Origin: a virus
Taxonomy: Duplodnaviria; Caudoviricetes
DNA: 64,000 bases
Virus record (IMG/VR): IMGVR_UViG_3300028048_000040
Location: 96,001 to 160,000 of that record
Direction: 5' to 3' (one strand)
Shown: positions 37,700-52,200 of the stretch, in pieces
Layout: each line of letters begins with the position of its first letter
How positions within the stretch are numbered: position 1 is the first letter of the stretch
Program-made: the position numbers and the translations under genes
The notes under the pieces: generated by a model
Databases searched by the model: none
Seen by the model: the letters and a program-made list of their open reading frames with translations, nothing else
Told to the model about the DNA's origin: nothing

Positions 37700-39031
37700 A
37701 TGAACATTCTAAACAAAATCAAAGATTTTTTTTCTGGTAAACAGAAAGAAGAAGAATTATTCAGTAAAGCAGAACAAGTAGATCGATCATCTGTTCATGT
37801 ACTAAGTGTTTCTCCTAATGTATATTTAGCATGTAGAGCTGCTAAATTATGCATTGGTAAAAAAGTAAATGGTACTATTACAGATAGAATGAAGTATATA
37901 GAGAAAATAGTAGGTATGGGTCATGAGAGTATTCTAGAACATACCAATGTGGTTGCTATGATTATCTATTATAATCCTATCTCTAAACCAGAACAATTTT
38001 CTGAAATCGTTGCTAATGGTAAGTATTTAGATATTATTCCTAAGCAAGATGGAGAAAAAACTGTTGTTCTTATTGGTGGTTCTATTAGAGCTTATATGCA
38101 TCTAGTAAGAGAAACAGATCAGAATAATGTATATCTAGAAGACATCAAAAAAGTGATGTATCAGTCTATTGAGAAATGTTTCTTGAAATCTCTTATTGAA
38201 AAAGGATTACTTGATGAAGCTGAATGTAACTTCATGACATATGCTACAGTAGATAAACATGTAGAAGATGATCAAGAACCATTACCAGAAATTATAGAAG
38301 ATCCTAAAGAAAAAGAAAGCAAAACTTCTGATCTTATCTATATTACTGATTTTGATAAACTTTATAGCGATGTGGTATTACTTTCTGATAGATATACTAA
38401 GAGAGAAATAGTAAGAATGTGTCACTTTACATTCTTATTCCATGATATTTCTCGTTCTTGTGGTAATCAGTTATGCAGACACCGTAATGGTATTACACAA
38501 GAATCTCAAAGATATGTAACTCATGAATATACTAAAGAGAAAGACTTTATTGATCCTATCAGAATGCAGTTAGATGATAGATATAACAATCTGGCTCCTA
38601 ATCTTATAGAGAAATTTAATAAAGTAGACTTTAAGACTTATAAAGATATGATCTCTGCTGGTATATTTAAAGAAGATGCTAGAGCATGGTTACCAATGAA
38701 TGTTACTACTAAGATTATGATGACATTCAATGGATTTACTTTAGCTAAATTCTTACATCTTAGAACAGCTAAAGGAGCTCAATTAGAGATTAGAAATATG
38801 GCTAATGAAATGGTTCATCAGTTATTTACTAATACAGAAGCATATGTAGACTTTATAAATACAGTATTAAAATTTGGGTATGAAGATGTAAAACCAGCAT
38901 ATACTTCTGATACTATAGATGAAGAAATTGATATTAAAACTGAATCATTTGAAGATTCTAAAATAGACTCTGATGAAGCAAAAAGACTTCTTGAAGTAGA
39001 AGAAGAATATAAGAATTTAGAGAAGAATTAA
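37700..39031 (+). CDS. thyX: Flavin-dependent thymidylate synthase ThyX-like, with large insertion
   Basis: 'GHESILEH', 'ISRSCGNQLCRHRNGITQESQRY', 'KEDARAWLP', 'LRTAKGAQLEIR'; own ACA-N6-TA at 37656-37666. Confidence 0.85.
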   Translation: MNILNKIKDFFSGKQKEEELFSKAEQVDRSSVHVLSVSPNVYLACRAAKLCIGKKVNGTITDRMKYIEKIVGMGHESILEHTNVVAMIIYYNPISKPEQFSEIVANGKYLDIIPKQDGEKTVVLIGGSIRAYMHLVRETDQNNVYLEDIKKVMYQSIEKCFLKSLIEKGLLDEAECNFMTYATVDKHVEDDQEPLPEIIEDPKEKESKTSDLIYITDFDKLYSDVVLLSDRYTKREIVRMCHFTFLFHDISRSCGNQLCRHRNGITQESQRYVTHEYTKEKDFIDPIRMQLDDRYNNLAPNLIEKFNKVDFKTYKDMISAGIFKEDARAWLPMNVTTKIMMTFNGFTLAKFLHLRTAKGAQLEIRNMANEMVHQLFTNTEAYVDFINTVLKFGYEDVKPAYTSDTIDEEIDIKTESFEDSKIDSDEAKRLLEVEEEYKNLEKN

Positions 39032-39082
39032 CAAATGATTAGTTCTGTTAACTCTATTATATATGAAAAAGGAGATTTCAAA

Positions 39083-40150
39083 ATGGAAAACAACGAAATC
39101 AAAAACGAACAAGTCAATGAAAGAAAACCTTACTATCGTAAAAACAACTATCGCCGTCATCAGTGGAGAGAAAAACCTCAGGCTATTTCTTATATTAAAT
39201 CCTTTGATAACTTTAATGATGGTTTTACCGAAGTGATTCGGTTTAATCCTGAATTGAAGAACTATTGTGGTGATTTTGGTTCTTATGATGCTGTAATTGC
39301 TTCTATGACCAAAGCGATTAATGATAATATTCCGTCTCCAAATAATATTAACTATCCTAACACTCTTTCTCTTAGTATTGATGCTAATGAAGTAGGATTT
39401 AAAACGGATACTAATATTGCTCTTGGTTGGAGAATTAGATACTCTTATAAAGAAGCTAAGACTTATTATAATTTCCGTGTAACCTTCATCTCTATTCCTG
39501 TATATAAGAATAATACTATTGCAGATATGGTAGAAGCAGGTTGGAAGAAACTTGTAAAGTCTAATCGACAGAATCGTTATTGGAATCATCTCGAAGGAAA
39601 AGATCGTGAAGAATCCAATGAAGGATTTAAAGTAAAAGAACTCATTGGAGAACAGAAGATTTCTACTAATCATTCTATGAGTATGCCTAAAGCATATAAT
39701 GAAGATGAATATGATGATGTAGAAGATTCTGTAGCTGATTTAAAAGAGATTCATACTGCTGATAATACAGTAGATGATGAAGATATTCTCAATCCAGGAG
39801 ATGAAGTTGCTATTATTAGTGATGAATCTGTAGCTGCTGAACTTGGAGTAGATAAAATCATCTTGAATGGTGAAGATATCAGTAAAGAAGAAGCAGCTGA
39901 AAAGATGGAAGAAGTTCTTGATAAAGTAGAAGAGCAAGCAACTTCTGGATATGTAGAATCTAATGATAGTATCTCTGCAACTGCTAACCCTAGTGTATTT
40001 ATCATCAATCACAAAGGTGAACCTCGTGTAATCAATATTGATGCAGATGATATTGCTTATGGTGATATGCTCGTTAATAAAGAAACTGGTTTGATTAGCT
40101 TTGCTGATGGAACTATTTTTGATTATAAGAACTTAAATATAATGCATTGA
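39083..40150 (+). CDS. Hypothetical protein, basic N-terminus and acidic C-terminal half
   Basis: Start MENNEI after SD AAAGGAG; cotranscribed with thyX. Confidence 0.75.
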   Translation: MENNEIKNEQVNERKPYYRKNNYRRHQWREKPQAISYIKSFDNFNDGFTEVIRFNPELKNYCGDFGSYDAVIASMTKAINDNIPSPNNINYPNTLSLSIDANEVGFKTDTNIALGWRIRYSYKEAKTYYNFRVTFISIPVYKNNTIADMVEAGWKKLVKSNRQNRYWNHLEGKDREESNEGFKVKELIGEQKISTNHSMSMPKAYNEDEYDDVEDSVADLKEIHTADNTVDDEDILNPGDEVAIISDESVAAELGVDKIILNGEDISKEEAAEKMEEVLDKVEEQATSGYVESNDSISATANPSVFIINHKGEPRVINIDADDIAYGDMLVNKETGLISFADGTIFDYKNLNIMH

Positions 40151-40296
40151 AATGCATCTCCTTAATTCATAACATTTAACACCTCATAACTTACCCCTAG
40201 AGCTTAATTGCTCTAGGGGGTGTTATTTGTTTGCCGAGACATAGGTGTAAGTCTAGACTAAATAAAAGACTAGGAGAAAGGAGGAAATTGATAATT

Positions 40297-43200
40297 ATGG
40301 CAAGCAATAGCATTGTAGACTATCTTAAAAATGTAGGTCAATCTGTTAAGTTTGCTGCTATCGAAAGTGTAACTGAAAAGACGCCTAATCTACAAAAAGT
40401 ATTTGGTGAAAACAACAAGAAATATGTTCAAGAACTCTATAAAGATGTGAATCAACATAGACAAGAATTGAATATGATTGATCGCATTAGAAATGCGACT
40501 GTTTTCAAACAGATATCTGTAGGTTGGGATAATCTAAAGGATTCTATCAAAACTGGTAAATTCAAGGATGATTCTAGAAGTACTGGTTTTGATGAGATGG
40601 AAATGATGTTCGCAATGATGGGAGATGACTTCTTAGGTGGAGATTCAGATCTTATCGAAGCTGAAATGAATGGAGAAGAAACAGGCTCAACTAACGATCA
40701 TCGAATCCGTGGTATACCAGAAATCACTAAAGGTGATGCTCTTGTTGCAACAGCATCAGCTACAGCAACAAAGAATGCAGCCTCTACTATATCTAAAGCC
40801 ATTGTTAGATCTGCTGAATTAACAGATATAACTGCAAGAAAGTCTACAAATTTACAATTAAGGGCCCTGCAACAACAAGCAAACATTTTATCTAGTGGTT
40901 TTCAACAACTATCTAGCTCATTGCATACCATAAATCAATTTAATAATCAAGTTGTCATAACTCATGCTCAAAATAGCAGAATGTTCTTTGAACAAGCCAC
41001 TGCATTAGCTCAAGAGAGAAATGCTATTCTTAGAGAAATGCTAGAAATGCAGCGTGAAACCTTTGGTGCTACAATGAAATCAAATCTGTCTTCTGATGCA
41101 AATGATTTGACTAAAATGAGTAAAATCTTTGATAAAGAAAAAGGATTTGATTTAAGAGCCTATATGAGCTTAATGCAAAAGAGAATGAAAGAAACTCCTA
41201 TTGGAATGATGATGATGTCTATAAAGATGCTTCCAATGATGATAGGAGAAGTAGTTCAAAATCCATTGCATTATATTGCTAAAATGGGTATAGATTCAAT
41301 CATAGATAATAGTCTTAAGAAAGCTATTTATAATATAGATCAGTCAATAAGTGGAATGATATCTACTGGACTAGCTAAACTTGCTAATTATGGTAAAGAT
41401 AAAGCTACTAAGAATACATTGTTAGGTCAAATAGCTAGTTTTTTTGGTGTAAGAAATGAAAATACTAGATTATCTGCAGTAGATACTTCTAAATATAATA
41501 AAGAAGCAATTCAATGGAATGGCATTGCTCAAAAAGCTTTAGTAGAAGTTATACCAGGTCATTTAAGAAGAATAGAAGCTGCTCTTACTGGTGAAGGAGA
41601 AAGAGTATTCGATCTCCAATCTGGTAAGTGGTCTACAATGAAAAAAGTAGCTAATATAGAAAAAGATATAGATCGCAAAGTATTCAAAGAAACTTTCTCT
41701 AAAGAGAAGAATCAACTTCTTAATATGATGCAATTTAAAAATAGAGGAGAAATGAGAGATTGGATTAAAGCTCTTGATAGCTTCTTTAAAGGAGTTAGAA
41801 ATAGAGGTATGGTGGATTATAACCATATTAGAGAGAAATCTAGTGAATATGGAGATAATGAAAATATAGTTAAAGCTATAGCATACATGATCCATTCTGG
41901 TGGATTAGATTCTTCTCAGATATTCAATCTTACTAATAAAATCAATGAAGGTAATGCTAAGAAAGCTGCTATGATAAGAGATCTTAGCCCAGCTAATCAA
42001 TCTCTTGTAACTGAAGCAGTTAATAATTCTTATAATGCTAAATGGGCTGCTGGTACTGGATCTATATATGGTGCAAATGGTAAACAGCAAGTAGATAAAA
42101 ATGGTAGATGGTTATCAATGCCATTTAATGATCTTACTAAACTTACTGATACCAGAGGATACACATTATATGATTATCAATATAATATTCTTCAAACTCT
42201 TTTAAATATGCAAAGATCTGGTGGATTAGGTGGTGGAAGACCTGCAGGCCCTGTAGGACCAGTTGGACCATCTAATGGTGGTATACCAATTCAGAATCCT
42301 CAGAATATAATAGCTGGTGGATTGGTAAGAACTGGAAATACTTTCACTAATGCTGTTCCATCAGAAGCAAAAGATCCAAATTCTGCTCAAAGACAGCATG
42401 CTGCTAATCTAGTACAAAAAGCTCAAGAAAAATCAATATCTAGAAGAGCTCTTTATCATCCAGATAAAAGTGGATTAGATGAAGAGCAAAAACTCGACTT
42501 CTCTGTAGAAAGAATTAAAAATGCAAGTAAAGAAGAATTAGAAGAAATGATAGCTCATATGTATTTTGCTGGTCAAACTGGTAAAGAATATAGAGCTAAT
42601 ACTAAAGTAGCATCTTCTGGTGGAATATTTGGAGATCTTAAATCTGCTGCTAGAGGTTTAGGAGTTTCAAGTATTGATAGCTTCATGGCAGATATGCAAG
42701 AAGCAACTTCTATTGCAGATAAATTCAATGTTGTTGGCGAAGCATTAAGATCAATGACTTCTGCCCCTCAAAAGATATTAACTTCAGTTCTTACTGAAGC
42801 AGATAGATTCATGTATGAATTTATGTTTGGAAATCCTGTAGGCACTGAAAAGGATGAGAATGGTAAACCGATAGAAGGATTCTTTGGTAAAGTTACTCAT
42901 GAATTTGGTAAAACCATGGATAATCTCAATAATAAATTCAATGAGTGGTTTAAAGATACATTCAAAAAAGGTGCTGGTGGAATAGCAGGATTTTTCAAAG
43001 GAGTTCTTGAAGATTATTTCAATATTGATGTAGATGAAAAGGTTGAACAGGCTAAACGCCACGTGAAGAAATATACTAATAAAGTCAAAAAAGGTGCATT
43101 ATCTGCTGGTGCTGATCTATTTGGTATTGCCAAAGAAGCAGTATTAGGAACAGCTCAAGATATGGGTATTTATGAACCAGATGAAGAGGAGGAACAAAAA

Positions 43201-46200
43201 AAAGAGCAACAAACTCCTCCTACAGCATATAGAGGAATTAGAAAATATGATTCTAAATATGGTATAGGTGTAGTAGGTCCTGGTGAAAAAATAATATCTC
43301 CAGGTAGAGGAAAGGTATTAGATAATACTACTGGTTATAAAGTATATGCTTTGCAATATGGAGATTCTGTAATACCTTCTTATCTAAATACATCTAATGC
43401 AGGCAGAGGCAGAGTAACTCCTCAATCTCTTGCATCTCAAGAATATAATGAAAAATCTTTAGCTAAAAGTATAGCAAGAGGCAATGTACCAATATTAGGT
43501 ACATTTAGTGGTGCTAATGCATCATGGAAAGATATAGGTGGATGGATAGGAGAGCTTAAACGTAAAGAGCAAGAAAGATTTGAGCATGGAGATGGAACTC
43601 CTAAATTAGAAGATGCTAAATCAAAACGTGGATTCTTCCATAACTTTGTAAATTGGATGACTGGTTATAATGAACCAGAATTTACTGAAGATCAAATCAA
43701 AATGCAAGAGTTCATTAAAGATATAGTAAATAGTGCTACTAAAGCTGCTATTGAAGCTAATGGTGGAGCATTTGAAGATGAAGAATCAAAAGGAAGATCT
43801 ATTACACAAGCTGGCTTTGAAATGGCTGGTAAACTAAGAAGAGGTAATGTAGATCTTAATACTAATGAATTCCAAGAAGCATTAAAAGAAGTTCTCGCTA
43901 TGAGTGAGAATATCAAAGATCCAGATTTTAGAGATACACTTCAATTTATTTTAAATACTGCTGGATATAAAGGTGAATTTGATACTGTAGATGATTCTAA
44001 AAAAGTAAGAAGATCAAGAAGAAATAATCTATTTGTTGGTGTAAATCAATTTATGGATAATGCCTTTGGTATTGATTCTAAAAAAGCAATAGATACAGCA
44101 GATAAAACTATTAGAAAGAATCTGCCAGAACTCGCTAAAGGTGGAACATTTGGTGCTTTATTAAGTACAGTTCTTCCTCTTGGTGGTCCTTTAATGGGTG
44201 CACTTGTTGGTGCTGGAGCTTCTGTATTAACTAATAGCAAATCTTTCCAATCCTATATGTTTGGAACAGAAATAACAGATAAAGATGGAAATGTAATAGA
44301 TAGAAAAAATGATGGTATTGTATCAAGAAAAACTGTAAAAGCTATTCAAAGATATTTACCAGATGCTAAGAAATATGGTATTACAGGTGCATTAGCAGGT
44401 CTTGTTCTTCCTTTTGGTCCACTTGGTGGTTTGATGATTGGTGCTGGTGCTTCTTTCTTAAAGAACAACAGTAGATTCCAAGAATTTATGTTTGGTGAAG
44501 AAGGAGGCTTAATCAATAAAGATAGAAAAGAAAGAATCAAGAGAGCTCTTCCAAATATAGGTGTCGCTACACTAGGAACGTTATTCCTCGGACCTTTTGG
44601 TATCGTAGGTAACGCTATGCTTGGTGCTGGTCTAGGTATTTTATCTACAACAGAATCATTTAAACGTATTATGCTCGGTTCTAAGGATCGTAATGGTATA
44701 AGACGTGGTGGTTTAGCTGATATTATTAGAAGGCAAATTACAGACCCATTCAAGAAATCAATGCAAGATATTCAAACTAGATTAGCTGCTTGGTTCAAAG
44801 ACGATCTATTCAATCCTGTAGCTAGAACTATTAAACCACTTGGTAGAAATATTACTGGTGAAATATCTAGACTCCTTAGATGGGGAGCAGGTCAAATCTT
44901 TGGTAAGAAAGATGAAAAAGAAAAATCAATATTTGGTAAATATGGACTCAAATCTGTAGATAGAATGCTGGGATTGGTTCGTAATGCTGGTGGTCTAGGT
45001 AAATTTATTACTGGTGGAATAGGCAATGTAATTGGTGCTGGTGCACATGCACTAGAAAATCAAGTAGGTAAGAGATTAGAAAGAAGAGCTTTCAGAAAAG
45101 GATACTATGAAGATGGTACTCTTGCTGATGAAAGAATGGCTCGTGGTGCTGAATTAGGTCTTGATGCAAATAATGCAGATCAATATGCATTAGGTGGTTT
45201 AGATCAGTTAATGGCTAAACTAGAACAGGGGCCAAATGCTCAGAAGAACCTAACATCTTTAGCAGCTGCATTAAGTGCTATTCAATCAAGAACTGAAGGT
45301 ACAGACGATAACCTCAATAGACAAATAGCTGCAGAAAGAGATAATATTATTTCTAATTCTGAGAAGCTATATTCTGATTATCTAAAGAAGAATCCAACAG
45401 AAAAGAATCCTCATGATCTATATCGAAAAGTAGAATCTATGAGAGATAAAATGCTCAAGATGGCAAAAGCAGAAAACTTTAATCCAGAAATAGCTCAAGG
45501 TGAATTTGCAAAAGAATTAGCTAAATCTGATCTTCCTAGAGAGATAAAAGATCAAATGATGGAATTGTTCTTAGATTCTGGTGGCTCTATAGCCAAATTC
45601 CAGAGTGCTAAAGATAATCTAAGTAAACGTAACTATGCTGAAGCAGAAATAGCCAAACTATTAGGATATAATGTAGACGAACAGCAATATGATAAATTAG
45701 ATGAAAGTGTCAAAAAACAAATAGAAGCAATAAAGAAACACCCAGAAGCAATATCTGCTGTTAATAATGATATTAGAACTCTAAAAGAAAGAGCAAGCTC
45801 TGATGAGTCTGCTGCAGCAAAACTAAAAGATCAAGTAACTGATCCTGGAGATCTGTCTATAATCAATAATATGGAAAAACAGGTAGATCAGAATGATGTT
45901 ATCATTGCCACTTTAGAGCATATAGCTAATATACTACAGACTAATGATCCCAAGAAAAGAGAAGAGCTTCAAGCTCAATTTAAAGATACTCTAGATAAAT
46001 ATAGAGGTACTGGAAATAGCGATAAGATAAATAATGCTATTGCTAATGCCAAAATAGCATCTCAAAGAGCTAAGAATCAAAAAGACAAAGATGATGCTAA
46101 AGTAGAACAAGGTAAAGATTTAAATAAAGAAATCTATGATGATTCTTACTTTGACCCAGATAAAGCTATCAATAATCCAGAGATAAAAGCTAAATTCGAA

Positions 46201-49200
46201 AAAGATCATGGAAAATTACTTGAAAATTGGCACGATCAATACCAGAAAGGTCTGCTATCAACAGAAGACTACTATCGTAGAAGAAATGAGTTATTAAAAG
46301 GTACATGGGATGAATACCATGGCAATACAACAATGGGTGCTATTAAGCACGATATAAAACTAGTTGGTGGTAAAGTTGCTAAAGCAGCTAATTCAATTAC
46401 AGAGAAAAGAGAAAAAGCTCTAGATTATATAGACGAAAAGACTACAGACTTCTTAAATGAAGCTCCTGATAAAATAAAAGAAAATATAGTAGAACCAACA
46501 GCAGAAGCTTTTGGTATGGTATCTAAACCTATCATAGCAGGTTTCCAGATGCTAGGTAAAGCAGTAATTGGTTTAGCTAGAAAGATATCTGGAGAGTATG
46601 AAACAATTGCTGATAAAGCAAATCCGATGTCAAATATTGAGAAAGATCAAACAGACAAAAATATTCCTCCTACAGCTACATATGGTTTACCATTCTTTGG
46701 TACATTTGCTGGTGGTACTGCTGCTGCAGGCGCTGCCAAATCAGGTGGTGGATCATTAATAGGTTCTGTTCTCAAAGGTGCTCTTGGTGGAGCTAAAGAC
46801 TATTTTACTGGTGGATCAAGTGATAAGAAAGAAGAACCTTCAAACAATGTAAAAGAAGTTCAACAATCTACTCCTTCTGCAGGAGAAGTCAAATCTACAG
46901 CTGGTCTCGTGGCATCCTTCGACCACTCTAAGGCGAATGGTGGTGCTCCCGATATCAATGCTAAAGATAATGTATCTTATACATCTGATGCTGATGGTAA
47001 CCTAGTGGCTATCGTAAAAGGGCCAGATGGAACACCAATGAAATTAAAGAACAAAGATAATGCTGAAATTGAAAAGAAACATCAACAAGAATTTGAATTC
47101 AAAGAAAGATCTGCAAATGCATTAGAAGCAATTGCTGCTAGATTAGGTGCCAAAGTTAAAGGTGTGGGTAAAGCCATAGCTGATGCTGGTGGTGGACTAC
47201 TTGGCGGTTTGCTAGATTCTATAGGTGGACTCATAAACACATTGTTCCTTGGTCTCCCTGTAGGTACATGGTTGATTAGCAAACTTAAATCTTTACCAGG
47301 CAAATTATTCAAATTATTAGGAAAACTAGTTCCAAATTCAATCAAAAAATTCGGTGCCGATTTAATGGCAAAAGTTGCAAAACTTCCTGGGAAACTAGGA
47401 GAAATGGTAGGAAAAGGTTTCGCTTCTGTTAAATCATTAGTAGGAAAGAAACTAGGTCAAATAGCTCCTTCACTTACCAAAAACTTAGTAAAATTATTAT
47501 CAAAGAGTAGAGTAGGTGCGCTATTACTTGGTGGTGGTGCAGTTGCTACTGGTGCTCTCAAAATGTTTGGTGTTATAGATGATGATGATAAAACTCCATC
47601 ATTACCTCCTGGATCAAAAGTGATAGAAAAAGAAAATGGTTCAAAGGTAGTTGTAGATGAAAATGGTAAAGAACTAGATATTCCAGCAGAAGAAGTAGAA
47701 TCTGAAGAAGATTCTGGTATGAGTGCTGGTAGTCTTGCTAAAACAGCAGTAGCTGGTTATGTTGGTCGTGAAGCTGCTAAAAAAGTAGGATTAAAGAGTG
47801 CAGGTGGTAGAGCTGCTGGTGCAACACTTGCTAATATAATTGCTAATGGTGGAGAAGTAGATGCTGGTACTATAGCTGATTTTGGTATGTCTTATGGAGC
47901 TGAAAAGCTAATAGATAAATTTAGTGGAAATAAAGTACCAACAACTGGTTTAGAAGCAGAAGGTCCTAAAAATAGACCTGCAGGTCAATATAGAAATGCT
48001 ATAGAAGCTAAGAAAGCTGAGATTGCTCAAAGAAAAGCAACAGAAAAGAGTATAGCTCGTCATCAAAGAAAACTTGCACAACAAGCTGCAAAGAGTGGAG
48101 CCAATGTAATTGAAAACAATGCAACTAATCCATCCATTTGGGATAAAGCTAAAAATGCTGCTAGCAGTCTAAAAGATTGGGCATCTAGTAAATTCTCAAC
48201 TGGTACAGAATCAGCCAAAAGTATATTCAAGACTGGAATGAATTCTGAAGTAGCTAATAAGCTCAAAGATACTACTTCTTTGGTTAAAGATACTTCTAAA
48301 CAAGGTGTAGAGGCTGCTGTTGGTAAAATTAGATCTGCTATGCAAACTGTAGTAGAAGCTGCAGGAAAATGGCTACCAGGCAAGACTGTTGGGGAGGCTG
48401 TATCTAATTTCTGTAAGAAAATTATGGAAAAGGTCACATCTTCTCAAGGTATGCAAATACTCCAAAAGAAGTTATCTCAGCAAGCTGCTACAGCTGCTGG
48501 AGGTGCTGCTCTTGGTATTGGTGCCGTTGCAATAGGAACTATGTTCTGCGTAACTTCTTTTATTAGTGGTTACAATCATGCAGCAGAACAATTTGAAGTT
48601 CAAGAGTCTGTTGTTACTAATGGTATGAAAGTAATATCTGGTTTAGTTCATGCCATTCATTGTGCTATTGGATTAATTCCTATAGTTGGATTAGCTTTTG
48701 CATTGATAGTATCTCCAAAACAGATGCTTGATTATGCTATAGACTTAATTGGTCCAGCAGTAGGATTATCAAGACAAGATTTACAAAAATTACAAAAATC
48801 AGGTCAAAGTGTAGTAGAAAATAATGTTAAAGCTGCTCAAGAATATGGTAAAGGCAATCCTGAAATCAATGATAACCATTCTGGTGGTGGATTCTTTGAT
48901 ACAGTTAAAGAAACTGCTGCTGGTGCATGGGATAAAGTTAAAAGCGTTGCATCCTCTGCTTGGGAAGGAGTTAAATCTGGAGCAAGCTGGGTAGGAGATA
49001 AAATTTCAAGTGCTGGAAGTTGGATCAAGAATAAACTTACTGGTCAAGGTAAACACTCTACTTATGGTAGAGGAGGATTATTTGGAACTGGATTCCACTC
49101 TCAATTAGATCCTGCTATTGCAGGTATGGGATTCAATGTATCTGGAGATACAGAAAAACAAACTGTAAAAGATTCTGCTTGTGGTCCAATGGCTATGGCA

Positions 49201-52200
49201 AATGCTCTTGAATCAGTTGGTGTATCTGTAGATGATAAAGATATTATTAATAAAACTAAAGGTGGAAAAGAGAAGAATGGTGGTACACCAGACTATGTAC
49301 TCAATAGATACGCTAATAATCAAGGAATCGCTACTAAATCTGTAGGAACATCTGAAAAAGATCTTGCTAACTCTCTTAAATCTGGTAAACCATTAGTACT
49401 AATGGGTCAGAATAATATGGGAGAAACAGATAAAGATCCATTTGCAGAAAATCCACATTACGTTACTGCTACTGGACTAGATAAAGATGGTAATGTAATA
49501 ATAAAAGATCCAGAATCATATCAACCAGTTAAGACTTATAAACTTAGAGATATTGCTCAAAAGACTACTATTGCTACTGAATTAAGTAAAGACAGAGAAC
49601 CTAAATTCTCTGAAGGTGCAAGTTTAAAAGAAATAATGGCATGGAAACTAAGACATGCTGGAAGATCAAAATGGGGTAGAGAAAGATCTAATGGTAATGC
49701 TGAATTACTATGGAACCATCTGAAATCTAAAGGATTATCAAATCAAACCATATCTGGCATGTTGGGTAATTTCGCTGCTGAATCTGGTTGGAGATCTTCT
49801 GCTGTACAGAGTCCATCAGGAAAACCAATAGATTCGGATACAATGACTATAGATGGGAAAACAGGATATGGACTAGCTCAATGGACAGACAAGGGTAGAC
49901 AGCAAAGATTGCGCAGTTTCTTACAATCAAAAGGATTACAAGATTCAGATTATAAGGGTCAATTAGATTTTGTTCTTTCTGGTCAAGATGGTGATGTATC
50001 TAATCTATTCAAAGAAATGGACGGGATGACTCCAGAAGCAGCTGCAGAAAAATTCTGTGCAGCATATGAGCGTCCAGCAAAAGATAACAATGGTGTTTGG
50101 TTAGGACTTGCTACAAGAAAACAAAGAGCAAGAGAATTATTTCAAAAAGAAGGTAAAGGAGTAACATCAAGTAGCTCCTTCTCAGGAGGTTCGAGTTCAT
50201 CTTCTGGAGCTGCCGAGATTGCTCAAGAAGAACAAGAACCTGGAATTCTTGGAGCAATTGCTCAAGTACTTAATAAAATAAGGTCAATAACAGATATATT
50301 TGGTACTAATTCTTCATCATCTAGTGGGACTCCTGGTTCTATTAGTGGTGGATCTGTAAATTATCAAGATGCTGCTAAAAAGATAGTAGAATGTGCATTA
50401 GCATATGAAAAATCTAAAATTCAATACGGTCAAGTTAATCCTCCTTCTCCTCCAAAAGACGGTGGACAGTGTGACTGCTCTGGTATGGCTCAAAACTGTT
50501 ATAGAGCAGCTGGAATAGAAATTCCTAGAACAGCTGATATTCAATGTGCTTTCTTTAAGAAGCATAATGCTACATTTACCGGAGATATGAAACAGCTCAA
50601 AGCTGGTGATCTAGTATTTACTAGTGATTCTAGTGGAGAAGTTGATCACGTATTCGTATATATTGGTGATGGTAAAGCTGTCAACCTAGGTGGAAGAAAT
50701 GGCAAAGGTTCAAATGGTGGAGATGCTCGTCTATATAATGGATGGGATCAAATCAAAGCAGGTATTGAATGGCACAAGGGCCCAGCAACATTTGGTAGTC
50801 TAGAAAAGCTTTGTGCTGCTACTGGTCAAACTCAAGCTACAGGCACTGGTTATTCAGGATATGGACCTAAAAGATCTTCAACTAATAGAATTATCATTCA
50901 TCACACTGCTGGAGCTAAAGGTATTGATCCAAGTGCAGCAGAAATAGATAAGATGCATAAAGGAAATGGTTGGTCAGGAATTGGCTATCATTTTGTTATT
51001 CGCAAAAATGGTACTATAGAAAAAGGTAGAGCTGAAGATGAACAAGGAGCTCATGCTGAAGGTGCCAATAAAGATTCTATTGGTATTCATGTAGGAGGAA
51101 ACTTCGAATTAGAAAGCCCTACTCAACAACAAATTGCTTCATTAGTAAAATTATTACAACAACTTTGCAAGAAATACAATATTCCTATTGATAGAAAACA
51201 TATTTTAGGCCATAAAGAAGTAGGTCAAACTGCATGCCCTGGTGCAAATCTTTACAGTCAATTAGATTCGATAGTTGCTCAAGCAGCTGGAGGAAAAGGA
51301 AAATCAAGATTTTGTAAAGACAAACCCAATGTGCCAGATATACTAAAAGAAAAATCAAATAAATTTGGTAAAGGTAAATCAAAATATGGTAGAAGTATAT
51401 TCAGTGATATATCAAATTGGTGGAATACTAGAGATCAAAGAAATGCTAGAAGATATGCTGGTCAAGATGATTCTTTAGCAGCAAGATATGGACATGATTC
51501 AGAAAATGAAGGATATGTTGCTCCAACAGTATCTACAACAGATCAAATGGCAGATCAAAGAGATGAAGAATTTAGTGGTCAAGAAAAAATAAGAACAATG
51601 TCTTCTGAAGAACTTGCTGAAGCAGAAGAAGCTGGAAATGTTATTAAATCTATAGCTCAAAAGAAATCTACTGGAGAAGATGCTACTAATGAAGAAATTC
51701 AAAAAGCTGCTAAAGAAGGAAACTTAGAAACTGGAGATCAAACAGTACAAAATATAACCGAGCAGCAGCAAAAAGCTTCTCAAACTAATCTAATGGATAA
51801 ATTCTTCGGTGGTGTTGGCGCTAGATTAGATGCAATTGGAGCTAAATTAGCTCCTATCAAAGATATGATTAGATCAAAACTTGGTTCTGTTATTGGAGAT
51901 AAATTTGGCAAATTTGCTGATTTAATTGGAGATCCTCTTAAACATTTTGGAGGTCTTTTTGGTTCAAATAATAGTAGTTCTTCAAGTGCTGATGGTTCAC
52001 ATGGCGGTGGAGGAGGAACCTTTAATGGTGATGCTACAGCTATACCTGCTACTGGTTCTGCTGCCGCTGCTTTAAAGAAAGCACTCAATTGTGAAATCAC
52101 TAGTCAATTTGGTCCACGTAGTAGTGGAGTGCACCATGGTATAGATTATGGTATTGGTACAGGTACTCCTGTTCCTACTGTAACTGATGGTGTGATTGAT

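Noticed and set aside
39017-39673. 218-aa minus-strand ORF and the many other antisense ORFs over long genes (e.g. 44346..44753, 58333..58779)
   Set aside because: Antisense shadows of well-supported genes, no SD or promoter motif.
40231-40296. TTG start of the giant ORF; similarly 54011 and 35559
   Set aside because: These starts overlap or abut promoter motifs; strong SDs support 40297, 54065 and 35589.
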